Source: a virus | Strand: one strand, 5' to 3' | IMG/VR virus record: IMGVR_UViG_3300046477_000387 | Coordinates: 4,358-68,357 of that record | DNA: 64,000 nt | Part shown: positions 39,113-48,607 of the stretch, one piece after another | Layout of the letters: every line of letters starts with the position of its first letter | Numbering within the stretch: position 1 is the stretch's first letter | The notes under the pieces: model-generated | The model's input: the letters and a program-made list of their open reading frames with translations, nothing else | Databases searched by the model: none | Told to the model about the DNA's origin: nothing | Position numbers and translations under genes: made by a program

Positions 39113-40024
39113 TCAAACGTTGGAGACGCCTTGCAGACGTGCGATCGAACGCGTGGACTTCAGCGCGAGGCCCGTATACCACTTCAGGCGGATACGCGTT
39201 GCGTCCTTGTTCTGCACCGTGCCGATGTTCTCGACCACGATACCTGCATCGCCGCCACCGTAGATGCCGTGCAAGCCATCCAGCTCGTTCAGGCGCAGTG
39301 CGTAGACCGAGCACAGGCTGTTGCCCGTGCCGAGGCTTTCATTCGCGCCGAGAAACTCGTTCATGATGATCGGCACGCCGTTGTGCGTGAGCATCGGGCG
39401 ACCGAAGTTTTCCAACTGCTGCATCACAGCGTCGGTGCCGTAGGTCGCGCGCAGCAGACCGCGGAATGCGCGGATCGTGCCACGACGCATCACGATCACG
39501 TCAGCGCCGTTCGGCACTGCGTCGAGCAGCTCGTCCAGCATCGTCAGCGTGAGGGCGTTGCCGTTCGCGCCAGCGGCGATCGTCTGCGTGCCGCCAGCCT
39601 GCACAGACAGGTTCGGCAGACCGTCAAACGACTTCGGGTTGGCGGTTGCGTCGCCCGTTGCCAGCGTCTGGTGGAACACGCGCGCCACACCCTTCGCCTT
39701 CTTGGCGATCTGGATCGCCATCTGGTCGTTGGTGTCGCTGTCGGTCGACTGCAGGAACTTGTCGACGTCCACGTCGCCCGCCAGGATGCGCAGCTTCGTC
39801 ACGACTTCTTCGACGGTCGATGCACTTTCGTTCACCGTGTCGTTCGGGTCGAGGAAGTCAGCGCCAGCCAGCGTGTCTTCGCGGTTATACACATACGCCT
39901 TACCGTTCACGCCGGTGAAGGGCAGAACCGAGAACAGGTCGTCCCGGTCGATGATTTCGTCAATGACGCCTGCGACGAGCTGGTTGTTACTCAGCGATTC
40001 GGCCACAGTTTGCAAAAGAGGCAT
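39113..40024 (-). CDS. Major capsid protein (HK97 fold)
   Basis: 303 aa after the scaffold gene; LPF..V.G.AY.YNRE, GD...NPK.FDGL, R.KWY.GLA. Confidence 0.9.
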   Translation of the reverse strand: MPLLQTVAESLSNNQLVAGVIDEIIDRDDLFSVLPFTGVNGKAYVYNREDTLAGADFLDPNDTVNESASTVEEVVTKLRILAGDVDVDKFLQSTDSDTNDQMAIQIAKKAKGVARVFHQTLATGDATANPKSFDGLPNLSVQAGGTQTIAAGANGNALTLTMLDELLDAVPNGADVIVMRRGTIRAFRGLLRATYGTDAVMQQLENFGRPMLTHNGVPIIMNEFLGANESLGTGNSLCSVYALRLNELDGLHGIYGGGDAGIVVENIGTVQNKDATRIRLKWYTGLALKSTRSIARLQGVSNV

Positions 40025-40157
40025 GTCTTTTCCTTTCCAAATTGATTGAAACAGCTTCGTTTCGGGCCTAGGTCGCTTTAGTCACCGATAGGACGCCACA
40101 ATATCACAAAATGGCTATTTTGAACAGTCAGTTTTGACTGTTTAGTGTCCGCAAAAC

Positions 40158-41087
40158 TTAGCCGTTGAACTTCACATTCAGACCCTTCAGGCCCGCCGAG
40201 ATGCGCGACAGACCCTTCGCTTCCGAGTGTTCCTTGACGGGTGCGGTGATCTTGCCGTTCGCGAGGCGCGAATCCGAACCGGCGCCTGGCTTCACCTTGC
40301 TCTTGAGCAGGTGATCCTTCTCAGGGTCAGCCTCGACAATCTTGCGCAGCGCTTCGTCGAAACTGACTGCCGAACCAGCGCCGTTGACGATCATCGTGCG
40401 CTCAGCCGCGCCCTTCGGTTTGTCGTATGCCACCACCTTGCCGTCGACCAGCTCGAAGTGATCGCCATAGATGACGCGCGCCTTGGCGGGCGTCAGCGCC
40501 AGCTCCGCGCTGATGAACTGCGACTGCGAGAACTGCGTGCCGACTGTGAGTTCGTTGATCACGCCGTCGCGCTTGCCGAGTTCGCCCTTGAGCGAGTCGA
40601 TCTGTTCCTGCAGGGTCTTCTTTTCCTTGCCGTGTTCTTCGGCCATGCGCTCTTTCAGGCGCGACCACTCGCCCTTCGCTTCAAGCGCAGCGGTTTCGGC
40701 GTCCTGCTTTTCCTTGATGAGCGCGCGCACCGCTTCGGGGTCGATGCCCTCAAACTTCTTCAGTTGCTCCTGGGCTGCCGTGAGCGCCGCATTGGCCTCG
40801 TCGAGCTTGCCCTTTTTCTGCATCACTTCCTTCAGCAGCTTGGCTTCCTCGTCGGTCGGCTTGCGCTCGCCGGTGCCCGCGCCCTGCTTTGCTTTTTCGG
40901 CGGCGGCTGCGGCGGCTGCGGCTTCCGCGTCGGCGGATTCGGCGGCCGCTTTCTCGGCGGCTGCCTTGGCTGCTTCGGCTGCGAGGCCCGCGGCGATTGC
41001 CGCTGCACCGCCCGATTTCGAGCCTTCTTCACCCGCCGCGTCCATGTAGCGTTGGGAGAGCATCAGTTTGCGCAAAAGTGCATTCAT
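40158..41087 (-). CDS. Capsid scaffolding protein
   Basis: Coiled coil, charged; between portal and capsid genes. Confidence 0.8.
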   Translation of the reverse strand: MNALLRKLMLSQRYMDAAGEEGSKSGGAAAIAAGLAAEAAKAAAEKAAAESADAEAAAAAAAAEKAKQGAGTGERKPTDEEAKLLKEVMQKKGKLDEANAALTAAQEQLKKFEGIDPEAVRALIKEKQDAETAALEAKGEWSRLKERMAEEHGKEKKTLQEQIDSLKGELGKRDGVINELTVGTQFSQSQFISAELALTPAKARVIYGDHFELVDGKVVAYDKPKGAAERTMIVNGAGSAVSFDEALRKIVEADPEKDHLLKSKVKPGAGSDSRLANGKITAPVKEHSEAKGLSRISAGLKGLNVKFNG

Positions 41088-41160
41088 GTTTCGTCGTTCC
41101 TTGACCAGTCTCTAGGTCGTAGTTGTGAAAATGCCGGCGCATCACTTGGCCGGCGTGGGG

Positions 41161-42783
41161 TTAGCCTTCGGACTTCGTCGTCAGCGATTCAGTCGCCACC
41201 GCGCGGTCCGAGTATTTCTGGAGCTGCTGCTGGCTTTGCTGCTGGGCCTGAAGCTCCAGCGGCCCGGCCGGCGGCCAGTCCTTGAGGTCGGCGAGGATCT
41301 TGCTCTTGATATCCTTCGAAAGCTGCGGGAACAGCTTCTCGATCACCGCCTTCATCTGCTCCTGGCGCAATGAGTCAGGAGCTTCGATGAGAGCAAGACG
41401 TGCGGCAATGTCGAACTCGTCGTAGAGTCCGCGCGTGTCGAAGTCATCCGGGTAGGTGACAAACTGCTGATCGTCGGCGAGTTCTTCGCCGTTCCAGAGT
41501 GCGACCAGCGCCGCAATCTTGTTCTCGATCGACTGCAGGGAGTCTGCCTTGGCCGCCAACAGAGCATTCACTCGCTCGAAGTCGTAGGCTTTAGCGACGC
41601 CTGAACTGTTGTCGATCCCAAGCGAGTTGTCCTGTTTGGTGCGCTCGCCAGCGAGACCAACGGTGTGGTAGATCTCGTTGATGATCTTGTGAATCACCGC
41701 GAGGATCATCTGGGCCTGCTTAGGGTCCGGGGAAATGTATTTGGGCTCGCCGCCCTCGCCGTCGTAGAGGAAGATGCGCTTGGTGCCCATCTCCATCATC
41801 TTCGTGTAGTTGTCGTCGCCCGGCATCATGCCCTGCGCCGGCATCGCGAGCTGGCTGAACGTCTGGTCCTGGATGATGGCGTCCAGGTTCGACAGGTAGT
41901 TCGCCACGGCCCGGTCCAGGTAGGCAATGTCGTCAATCATCGACGGCGCCACATACAGCTCGTCGGTAATCACGTGGTCAGCGAGGATCACCGGCACCAC
42001 GCCCAGATTGTGGTTGCCGTTACCGATCTCGACCACCTTCTGCTTCTTGCCCTTGCCCTGGAGTTCGAACAGGTGCCAGTCCTGCTTCGTCCACAGACGG
42101 AAGCGCTGGAGGATCGCGCCGCTTGAGGTGAGCGGGTCGGAGTCGTCGCGCGCAGTCTCCTGGATCAGTGCCCAGTTCAGCGCGCCCATGCCGTCGTAGC
42201 TGTAGTCCAGCAACTGCTCGGGGCCAACCAGATACGCGTAGGTCATGACGCCAGCCTGACGCTCCTCGGCGACAGTCTCCACCGCGTCCGTCTTGGTGTT
42301 GTCGATCACGATGCCGATGCGGCCCTGGCGGGAGGTGCGCGAGGCGATCTGGCGAGCGAAGTCCTGAATGCCCAGACCGTTGCGGGTGCTTCTGAGCCAG
42401 AACTGCTTCACACAATCGGGCGCGTCGGTGTCGTTGCGGGTGATGGCCTGCTTGAACAGATACTTGTTCAGCAGGTCGACCACTTCTTTCGTGTGATTGA
42501 AGCGGTAGGCACGCGCGAGGCGGTCGTTATATTCCCGGTCGCCTTCCTTGATGTAGCGGAAGACGTTGTCGTTGAACCACTCGCGGCCGCCCTCATACGT
42601 CTCCTCGATGAAGTGCCAGTGATTGACGTGGTCTTCGTATTCGGGGTGACGGCGCGCGACCAGCGCGCGGAGCTTTTTCTGCTCGTCGTCAGCGACAGGG
42701 GCGATGCCCATAGCGGCAGCCGAATCGACGTCATTCGGGTCGATTGAGAACTGCTCGCCGGCGGTAAAGTGCTTGATTTCCAT
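41161..42783 (-). CDS. Portal protein
   Basis: 540 aa immediately after terminase; H.LG.VP, SGVAK..D motifs. Confidence 0.88.
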   Translation of the reverse strand: MEIKHFTAGEQFSIDPNDVDSAAAMGIAPVADDEQKKLRALVARRHPEYEDHVNHWHFIEETYEGGREWFNDNVFRYIKEGDREYNDRLARAYRFNHTKEVVDLLNKYLFKQAITRNDTDAPDCVKQFWLRSTRNGLGIQDFARQIASRTSRQGRIGIVIDNTKTDAVETVAEERQAGVMTYAYLVGPEQLLDYSYDGMGALNWALIQETARDDSDPLTSSGAILQRFRLWTKQDWHLFELQGKGKKQKVVEIGNGNHNLGVVPVILADHVITDELYVAPSMIDDIAYLDRAVANYLSNLDAIIQDQTFSQLAMPAQGMMPGDDNYTKMMEMGTKRIFLYDGEGGEPKYISPDPKQAQMILAVIHKIINEIYHTVGLAGERTKQDNSLGIDNSSGVAKAYDFERVNALLAAKADSLQSIENKIAALVALWNGEELADDQQFVTYPDDFDTRGLYDEFDIAARLALIEAPDSLRQEQMKAVIEKLFPQLSKDIKSKILADLKDWPPAGPLELQAQQQSQQQLQKYSDRAVATESLTTKSEG

Positions 42784-42791
42784 TGGTCGTG

Positions 42792-42835
42792 AGTATTCGT
42801 GAGGTGCGGCGCTTTGTCAACAGTCAGTTTTGACT
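42792..42835 (-). promoter_or_regulatory. Sigma70 promoter for portal with operator abutting -35
   Basis: Minus strand operator-g-TTGACA-17-AATACT-8 nt-ATG. Confidence 0.65.
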
Positions 42836-42845
42836 ATCCGCAGGG

Positions 42846-44114
42846 TTAGACAGAAAGCCCGCCAAGTTCCAGACGGCGAACCGGGAATTCGAGGTCGATG
42901 CAGTAGCCGGCGGCGTCGGCCGAGTGTTCAGTGCCGGTCTTCTTGTCGACATCGCGCGAGCCAGGAACGTAGATCGTCTGTTCCAGCGACTTGATGAAGT
43001 GCTTGCAGGACGGGTCGATGCGCAGGCGCACCTGGCCGTCGGCCGAGCGCAGCATCCGGTTCACCGAGTTCACCCGGTCGGCCACGAGCGGGGACTTGCG
43101 GCGAAACTTGATGCGCTTGAACCCCTTCTCGCGAAGAATGTCCAGGTCCGTCTCGCCGCGCGCGTGCTGCCGCTGACCGCCCGCCGGGTCGGGGTAGACC
43201 GTCATCTGCTTCTGGTAGCGCCAGTATTTCTTCTCGAGCGCGTCAGCCGTCTCCTCGGTGTTCGAGCCAAACTGCACGATCTCGTCCACCGCCCACAGCT
43301 CGCCGTTCTCCTGCGGCTGGAAGATCACGGTGGACATGGGGTCGATGTTAAAGTCCATGCCCACCCAGATCGGCAGCCGCGGATTGAACTCCAGCTTCGA
43401 GACATGGATCGCGCGGTCAAACGGGTAGTAGACGCGCCCGCTCATCGTCTCGAAGCTCGCCTCGAACTCCTGCTTGTAGGACTTCGGGTCCATGTCGCGC
43501 TTGGCGGCCTCGAGCTCCGAGCGCGGGATGAAGGGCGACGTGAAGGTCGGGAACTGCCAGCTTGCCCAGTCGTTCAGGCGCATGCGGCCGTTCGTGTCCA
43601 GATACTCGTCGCCGCGCTGGCCGAGCATGTAGACGGTGTGCAGGTAGTTGTAGGCTTTGGGCGTGCCAATAAACATGGCGTGGCCACCGGTGTCAGCGAG
43701 CGTCGGGCGCAGCACCTTGGTCCACGTCTCCTCGCTCATGTCCTGGAATTCATCGAGCACGAGAAAGTGGATACCCACGCCGCGCAGCGAGTCGGCCTTG
43801 TCGGCGCCCTTGAGTTCGATGCGGCTGCCGTTGCGCAGGTAGATGGTGAGCGAGGTCTCGTTGACCTTCCTGACCCACTTCTTCGGGATCGCCTCGAGCA
43901 GATCGGTCCACATGATCTGTTTGGCCATCTTGTAGGTCGGGGCGACATACCAGATTTTGCGGCGCTTGATCTGGGCGAACTTGATCAGCAAGACTTTTGA
44001 AAGCGCGGTCTTGCCCCAGCGGCGCCCGGCCACCACCACCCGGAAGCGGCGGCGGTCCTGAAAGACCATCATCTGTTTGGGGTGCAGCGAGAGGGCCGCG
44101 GTCTTACGCGCCAT
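42846..44114 (-). CDS. terL: Terminase large subunit
   Basis: AGRRWGKT, LVLDE, IGTP, GMDFN nuclease motif, H.ADA.GY. Confidence 0.95.
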   Translation of the reverse strand: MARKTAALSLHPKQMMVFQDRRRFRVVVAGRRWGKTALSKVLLIKFAQIKRRKIWYVAPTYKMAKQIMWTDLLEAIPKKWVRKVNETSLTIYLRNGSRIELKGADKADSLRGVGIHFLVLDEFQDMSEETWTKVLRPTLADTGGHAMFIGTPKAYNYLHTVYMLGQRGDEYLDTNGRMRLNDWASWQFPTFTSPFIPRSELEAAKRDMDPKSYKQEFEASFETMSGRVYYPFDRAIHVSKLEFNPRLPIWVGMDFNIDPMSTVIFQPQENGELWAVDEIVQFGSNTEETADALEKKYWRYQKQMTVYPDPAGGQRQHARGETDLDILREKGFKRIKFRRKSPLVADRVNSVNRMLRSADGQVRLRIDPSCKHFIKSLEQTIYVPGSRDVDKKTGTEHSADAAGYCIDLEFPVRRLELGGLSV

Positions 44115-44745
44115 CGTCGTCCTCGCCTTCTTCGACCACGTCGTCGAGCTCCTCGACGTCGCCCTCGCCCGGCAGGTCGTCCAGCTCGCTTTCGTCGCGC
44201 TCGCGCAGCGCCTGGATCTGTTCGGCCGTCAGTTCGCTGATGACGAGTTCAGGCAGGCCGTCTTCATCCATGCCGTCATCCTTGTCCAGACCCAGCACTG
44301 CCCAGCGCTCCTCACGTGCCTTCTTGAGCACCGTCATCGCCGAATCGAGCGCCTTGAGGTTGTTGAGCACGGTGGAAAATGCGTGGCCGGCTGCTTTCGC
44401 CTGCAGGATCTCATTCCAGGAGAGCTTGGCGAGACCCGAGGCCATCTTGTAGTGCTCCTCCTTGGTCTCCTTGATGCGCGCAGCGAGCACTGTGGCGTCA
44501 TCGATCGACGCCTTTTTCACTTCTTCCTTCACCGCGGCCGCGTGTTCTTCCTTGCGGCTCGCGCGCACGATGCCCTTGGCCTTGAAGTGCGCGGAGAAGG
44601 CGGATTTGTGTTTGCCAAAACGGTTGGCGAGATCGACGAGCGTGACTTCGCCCGACTCCCATAGCGCCTCGGCCTCGGCCCACTGCTTCGGGGTGAGACG
44701 GGCATGCTTGCTCTTGGGTGCTGCTGGTGCCGGTGCCTTCGTCAC
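44104..44745 (-). CDS. terS: Terminase small subunit
   Basis: N-terminal HTH, coiled middle, acidic tail; overlaps the terL start. Confidence 0.8.
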   Translation of the reverse strand: MTKAPAPAAPKSKHARLTPKQWAEAEALWESGEVTLVDLANRFGKHKSAFSAHFKAKGIVRASRKEEHAAAVKEEVKKASIDDATVLAARIKETKEEHYKMASGLAKLSWNEILQAKAAGHAFSTVLNNLKALDSAMTVLKKAREERWAVLGLDKDDGMDEDGLPELVISELTAEQIQALRERDESELDDLPGEGDVEELDDVVEEGEDDDGA

Positions 44746-44771
44746 TGCCAGTCCTTCTGTTTCGTCTTTTC

Positions 44772-44800
44772 AAAAAAAAAGGGCGCGGAGGTTGGCGCCC
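44772..44800 (-). terminator. Intrinsic terminator in the terS leader
   Basis: GGGCGC-caacctcc-GCGCCC followed by T9 on the minus strand. Confidence 0.8.
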
Positions 44801-44832
44801 ATTCGGAGACATAAAAAACGAATCAGGGCTCC

Positions 44833-44876
44833 AATGTAGCCGCGGCCGCGGCATTTGTCAACAGTCAGTTTTGACT
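44833..44876 (-). promoter_or_regulatory. Sigma70 promoter upstream of terS with operator abutting -35
   Basis: Minus strand operator-g-TTGACA-17-TACATT. Confidence 0.75.
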
Positions 44877-45266
44877 GTCCTTATCAGCGCAGATCAGATG
44901 ATGCAGGCCGAGCGCGAGCGCACGTCCCTCGTCGGGCTGATTAGACGTGCGCAGAAGCTCGCCATCGAGCTCGAACACGCATACCCACCCACCGGTGTCT
45001 GCGGGAAGCAAGAAGAACTGAATCCCGCGCTTCTCGAACGCTTCTGCGCACAGTGTTTCGTGCAGCACGAAGTCAATCGCGGGAACCCAGTTGGTTTCAT
45101 CCGGCACACCGGCTTCCGGTCGCCAGCATTTGACCAGGTCGTCCTGGATCTCGACGATGAAGCCGAGGGCGGACGCGATCGCCGCGTTCAGCAGGGTTGG
45201 GCTTGGGGCGCCCGTGCCGATTACCCGTGCCGCCGAGCATTGATCTATGTGTTCTTCATTCTTCAT
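44865..45266 (-). CDS. Hypothetical protein
   Basis: 133 aa ORF; function not recognised. Confidence 0.5.
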   Translation of the reverse strand: MKNEEHIDQCSAARVIGTGAPSPTLLNAAIASALGFIVEIQDDLVKCWRPEAGVPDETNWVPAIDFVLHETLCAEAFEKRGIQFFLLPADTGGWVCVFELDGELLRTSNQPDEGRALALGLHHLICADKDSQN

Positions 45267-45331
45267 TACTCTTATCTTTAATGTTTATATGTTTTATATA
45301 CGGGAAAGCGACGGGAGCCCAAGTCACTTGG
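45250..45331. promoter_or_regulatory. Origin-like locus B
   Basis: AT-rich 45250-45300, then ACGGGAAAGCGACGGGAGCCCAAGT and the CCAAGT-C-ACTTGG palindrome. Confidence 0.55.
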
Positions 45332-45355
45332 AGAGAACCCATCGCGGTCCCGGAA

Positions 45356-45682
45356 TCAGGTTTCGAAGATTTCTTCCAGCAGCAATTCTTCTTCGGAAGC
45401 GATGAATGCCGGACCCGGAGAGGCTGCAACCGGAGCGAGGACATAACCGCGGCCTTCTTTCGTGATCGAGATGAGCACCCGCTTGCGGCCCCGCCGCTTC
45501 TCGGCTCCAGACTTCTCGATGAGCCCGTGGCTGATGAGCGCGCGGATTGAGAACTGGATCGACGCCTTGGTGGTTTCGTAGTTGATCCGCTCGATGACCT
45601 GGTCGAGGTCGCACGCGGTGCCGTCCGGGTTCGCCGTGGCGATCACGCGCAGCAGTTCGATCTGCTTCGTCGTCAGGTGCAT
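45356..45682 (-). CDS. Winged-HTH DNA-binding protein (MarR-like)
   Basis: LTTKQIELL...SIRALISHGLIEK...R.....IT.EG. Confidence 0.8.
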   Translation of the reverse strand: MHLTTKQIELLRVIATANPDGTACDLDQVIERINYETTKASIQFSIRALISHGLIEKSGAEKRRGRKRVLISITKEGRGYVLAPVAASPGPAFIASEEELLLEEIFET

Positions 45683-46606
45683 TTAAAGGGCTCCCGAGAG
45701 TCTGGAGAGGTCAAGCGGCGCATCCACCGGCTGGTTGTCATATGCGAGCAGCGGAATCCGTGCGGGCAGCTCACGCGGCGCGCGGGCATCGACGTCATAG
45801 TCGGGGTTCAGGTAGACCCCATAGAGCGGGCTCGCGAAGACGAGTTGCTGAAGCTGCTTGAGCAGCCAGCTCACTTCCATCCCCTCGATGCGCGCGGCGG
45901 CGTCAAAGCGCTTGTTGCCCGACTTCTCGCGGCTCGAATTGCGGAAGTAGTAGGCCCGCAGCTCCGCGACGCACTTCTCGCGGATTGGCGCCGGCATTCG
46001 CTCGATTTCTTCCATCACGCCGACGTAGTCCGACGGCACGGATTCGAACCAGCGCCGGAACAGCTCGAGGCCCGACCTGTATTTGGCGCTCGGCCGCGGG
46101 CGCACGAAGCGCACCCCTGCCTTGGCCGCGAACGGGTTGAACTTCGACATGGACGACTGGAACTCCACGATGCTCGAGCCGGACAGGCGCATCATGAGGT
46201 TCTGCATCCGGTAGGCGATGCCGGCGCCGCGATACATCGTGTCGAGCACCAGGCGGCTGTTCGTGCAGGCGTTGTCGTTCAGCCAGTTCATCCGATACTT
46301 GTTGATGAGCTTGGTGTCCATGCCGTTCTGATTCGGGCGCAGGTGCTTGAAGACCTCGTTGCGGCCCGAGGATAGTGCGGAGGACACCGTCATGACGCCC
46401 ACACCGATCGTCTGCTCACGCAGCACGCACCGGTAGAAGATCGGCCCGAACGGCAGGTTCTCCGCCTTGTAGTGGAGCTCGTGCAGCAGATCCCAGTCGG
46501 CCTTGGTGCCGCGCTCGACGTAAATCTCGGGCAGCAGCGACAGGCGCACGCGGGAGACCGCGCGGCGCTCGATCAGCACATCGGGGTTGTCAACGACGAT
46601 GGTCAT
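45683..46606 (-). CDS. GNAT-fold (Mom-like) acyltransferase candidate
   Basis: L...HY, SRLVLD..YRGAGIA acetyl-CoA motif, MSKFNPF..KAG. Confidence 0.75.
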   Translation of the reverse strand: MTIVVDNPDVLIERRAVSRVRLSLLPEIYVERGTKADWDLLHELHYKAENLPFGPIFYRCVLREQTIGVGVMTVSSALSSGRNEVFKHLRPNQNGMDTKLINKYRMNWLNDNACTNSRLVLDTMYRGAGIAYRMQNLMMRLSGSSIVEFQSSMSKFNPFAAKAGVRFVRPRPSAKYRSGLELFRRWFESVPSDYVGVMEEIERMPAPIREKCVAELRAYYFRNSSREKSGNKRFDAAARIEGMEVSWLLKQLQQLVFASPLYGVYLNPDYDVDARAPRELPARIPLLAYDNQPVDAPLDLSRLSGAL

Positions 46607-46732
46607 CTTGCGGGCGGCACCTTGGGGCGACGCGGCGAACCCTCGAGCGGCGTCTTCGTCTTCGACAGATCGAGCGGCTTGCCCGTGGTCTGGTTGATCT
46701 TGTCCGCGATCTCTTTCAGCGGATTGGGCCTC

Positions 46733-47014
46733 TTAGGCGCTTTGAGCGGCATTGCGCTTTTTCTCCATGAATCGTTGATAGAACCAGATGCTCGTCGCGA
46801 TCCCACAGCACCCGCCGGCCGCGCTCGCGAAGAACGCATAGAGCGATCCTGACGCGGCCGCGTGCGCAAAGGTGAACTGACCCACGCTGATACCGAAGGA
46901 CGTCACCACGGACGCGATATAGCGCCCCTGATTGACGTTTTTCGACTGCACCCTGAGCAGAAACACCGACCCGTATGAGGCGGCGAACAGGATGAGCAGG
47001 GTTAGCCAGTTCAT
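46733..47014 (-). CDS. Small membrane protein
   Basis: Three hydrophobic segments. Confidence 0.6.
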   Translation of the reverse strand: MNWLTLLILFAASYGSVFLLRVQSKNVNQGRYIASVVTSFGISVGQFTFAHAAASGSLYAFFASAAGGCCGIATSIWFYQRFMEKKRNAAQSA

Positions 47015-47412
47015 TCGCAGGCTCGCGCGGCTGCACTGAGAGTCGTCACGGCCGAAGCGGAGTTCAGTGCAGACTCGGCCGAGTTCACCGCGTTCGTGCA
47101 GACGGTCATCGAGTGCGGATCGACCAGCCCCAGCGTGTGCGCTGAGCCAACCAGACCACCCGAGTGCCAGCCACCTATCGGCCCGGCCGCACCAGGCAAG
47201 CCAGGTGCGGCGATACCAATACCCTTGAGGTAGCGGTCTTGGATGCTCGCCGATTCTTGCACCGTCTTCGGCTTGTCAGCCGCCGGCTGCGCCTTCACCG
47301 TCGAGCCAATCGCCTGCATCTTTTCGCGAATCTGGCAGCGCACGTCGAGGTCCATGTCGGCGCCGCCGTCGAGGAACCCTTCGAGCCAGAAGCAGAACTG
47401 TTCGTGCGTCAT
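47011..47412 (-). CDS. Hypothetical protein
   Basis: MTHEQFCFWLEGF N-terminus, common in phage ORFs. Confidence 0.6.
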   Translation of the reverse strand: MTHEQFCFWLEGFLDGGADMDLDVRCQIREKMQAIGSTVKAQPAADKPKTVQESASIQDRYLKGIGIAAPGLPGAAGPIGGWHSGGLVGSAHTLGLVDPHSMTVCTNAVNSAESALNSASAVTTLSAAARACE

Positions 47413-47606
47413 GCGCTCACCATTGCGGCTGCCGAGCATGCGATCACGGTCCCATTGATGATGTTCATATCGCTTGCGCTCACACCGCCAGTCGGCGGCA
47501 GGTCGTCATCGTCGCGCCGGCCCTTGTCGTTGACCATTTTGACGACCAGCGCCCAGAGGGCAACCAGCACGATCAGGACGACGGGCAGAACGAGAAAGAG
47601 ATCCAT
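47409..47606 (-). CDS. Small single-pass membrane protein
   Basis: N-terminal TM helix; coupled to neighbours. Confidence 0.5.
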   Translation of the reverse strand: MDLFLVLPVVLIVLVALWALVVKMVNDKGRRDDDDLPPTGGVSASDMNIINGTVIACSAAAMVSA

Positions 47607-47607
47607 C

Positions 47608-47958
47608 TCAGAACTCCAGCTTCACGGTTGACTGGTTCATGCCGAGCGAGCCGAAGTAGTCTTCGAGCGCGGCGTCGGTGCGGTCGCCCGAAAAGCGGCC
47701 CTTGGGCGCACCGGCTTCGAGCGTAATGACGGTCGGCACCGCGCGCACGCCGAACAGTGCGGCGAGCTCCGGCTGATCACCCGCGTCGACCACTGCGACG
47801 GTGAAGCCCCACTTGTCGGACAGCGCCGCGAGTTTCGGCTTGAGCGACTTGCACGGGCCGCACCATGAGGCGGTGAAAACAACGACCACCGGCTCGTCCT
47901 TCGACTTCTCCGTGACGAAGTGGTCGAACGTGTTCTTGGTCGGGTTAATGACTGGCAT
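47608..47958 (-). CDS. Thioredoxin
   Basis: F.A.WCGPC...P, FGVRAVPT. Confidence 0.92.
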   Translation of the reverse strand: MPVINPTKNTFDHFVTEKSKDEPVVVVFTASWCGPCKSLKPKLAALSDKWGFTVAVVDAGDQPELAALFGVRAVPTVITLEAGAPKGRFSGDRTDAALEDYFGSLGMNQSTVKLEF

Positions 47959-48607
47959 CTTTGTATCCTTCAGGGGTGTAGGCGATCTCGATCTTTTCGC
48001 GGTAGCGCTTCTCGATGTAGACGGAAGGCGCCAGGTCCGCGCGCAGGTCGAGGTGTGTGGTGGCAACGATCAGCGTCGCGCCGGCGGCCCGCGCAACCTT
48101 CTGCATGTTGAAGGCGATGACTTTTGCGGTATCCCGATCGACCACCGCGAGAAACTCGTCGGCGACCCACACGCGGGCGTTCGCTTCGATCAGCTTGGCG
48201 AGGCGGAAGCGGTAGCGCTGACCGTCCGAGAGCTCGGCCGGCTTGCGAATGAACAGGTAGGCGTCGTTCAGCCCGGCGATCGACAGATACCTGAGCGCGT
48301 CGTTGGTGTCGGTGCCGATCTGGTTGATGAGCGGGCAGTCCTGGAACTGGATCTCGTCGATATCGCAGACGGCGTCGCCGGCGGCCTTCATCTGCGCCTT
48401 CAGCTCGCGCAGCACGGTCGACTTGCCCGAGCCGGACTGGCCCGTCACATAGACCACGTCGCCCTGCTCAATGTCGATCGGCTGGTTGTCGAAGACCACG
48501 AACTCCTTGTCGTCCAGACCGAGGCCGAACGCTTCAGCGATCTCCAGCACGCGATCGGTGCGCTCCACGGTCGCCGTGAAGCGCTTGTTGACGATGTATT
48601 GCGTCAT
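47945..48607 (-). CDS. Soluble ABC-type ATPase
   Basis: GQSGSGKS, signature LSDGQ, VADEF, H-loop ATTH; no adjacent permease. Confidence 0.9.
   Translation of the reverse strand: MTQYIVNKRFTATVERTDRVLEIAEAFGLGLDDKEFVVFDNQPIDIEQGDVVYVTGQSGSGKSTVLRELKAQMKAAGDAVCDIDEIQFQDCPLINQIGTDTNDALRYLSIAGLNDAYLFIRKPAELSDGQRYRFRLAKLIEANARVWVADEFLAVVDRDTAKVIAFNMQKVARAAGATLIVATTHLDLRADLAPSVYIEKRYREKIEIAYTPEGYKDASH

Noticed and set aside
47945-48607. ABC transporter
   Set aside because: No permease or binding protein; context fits a soluble ATPase
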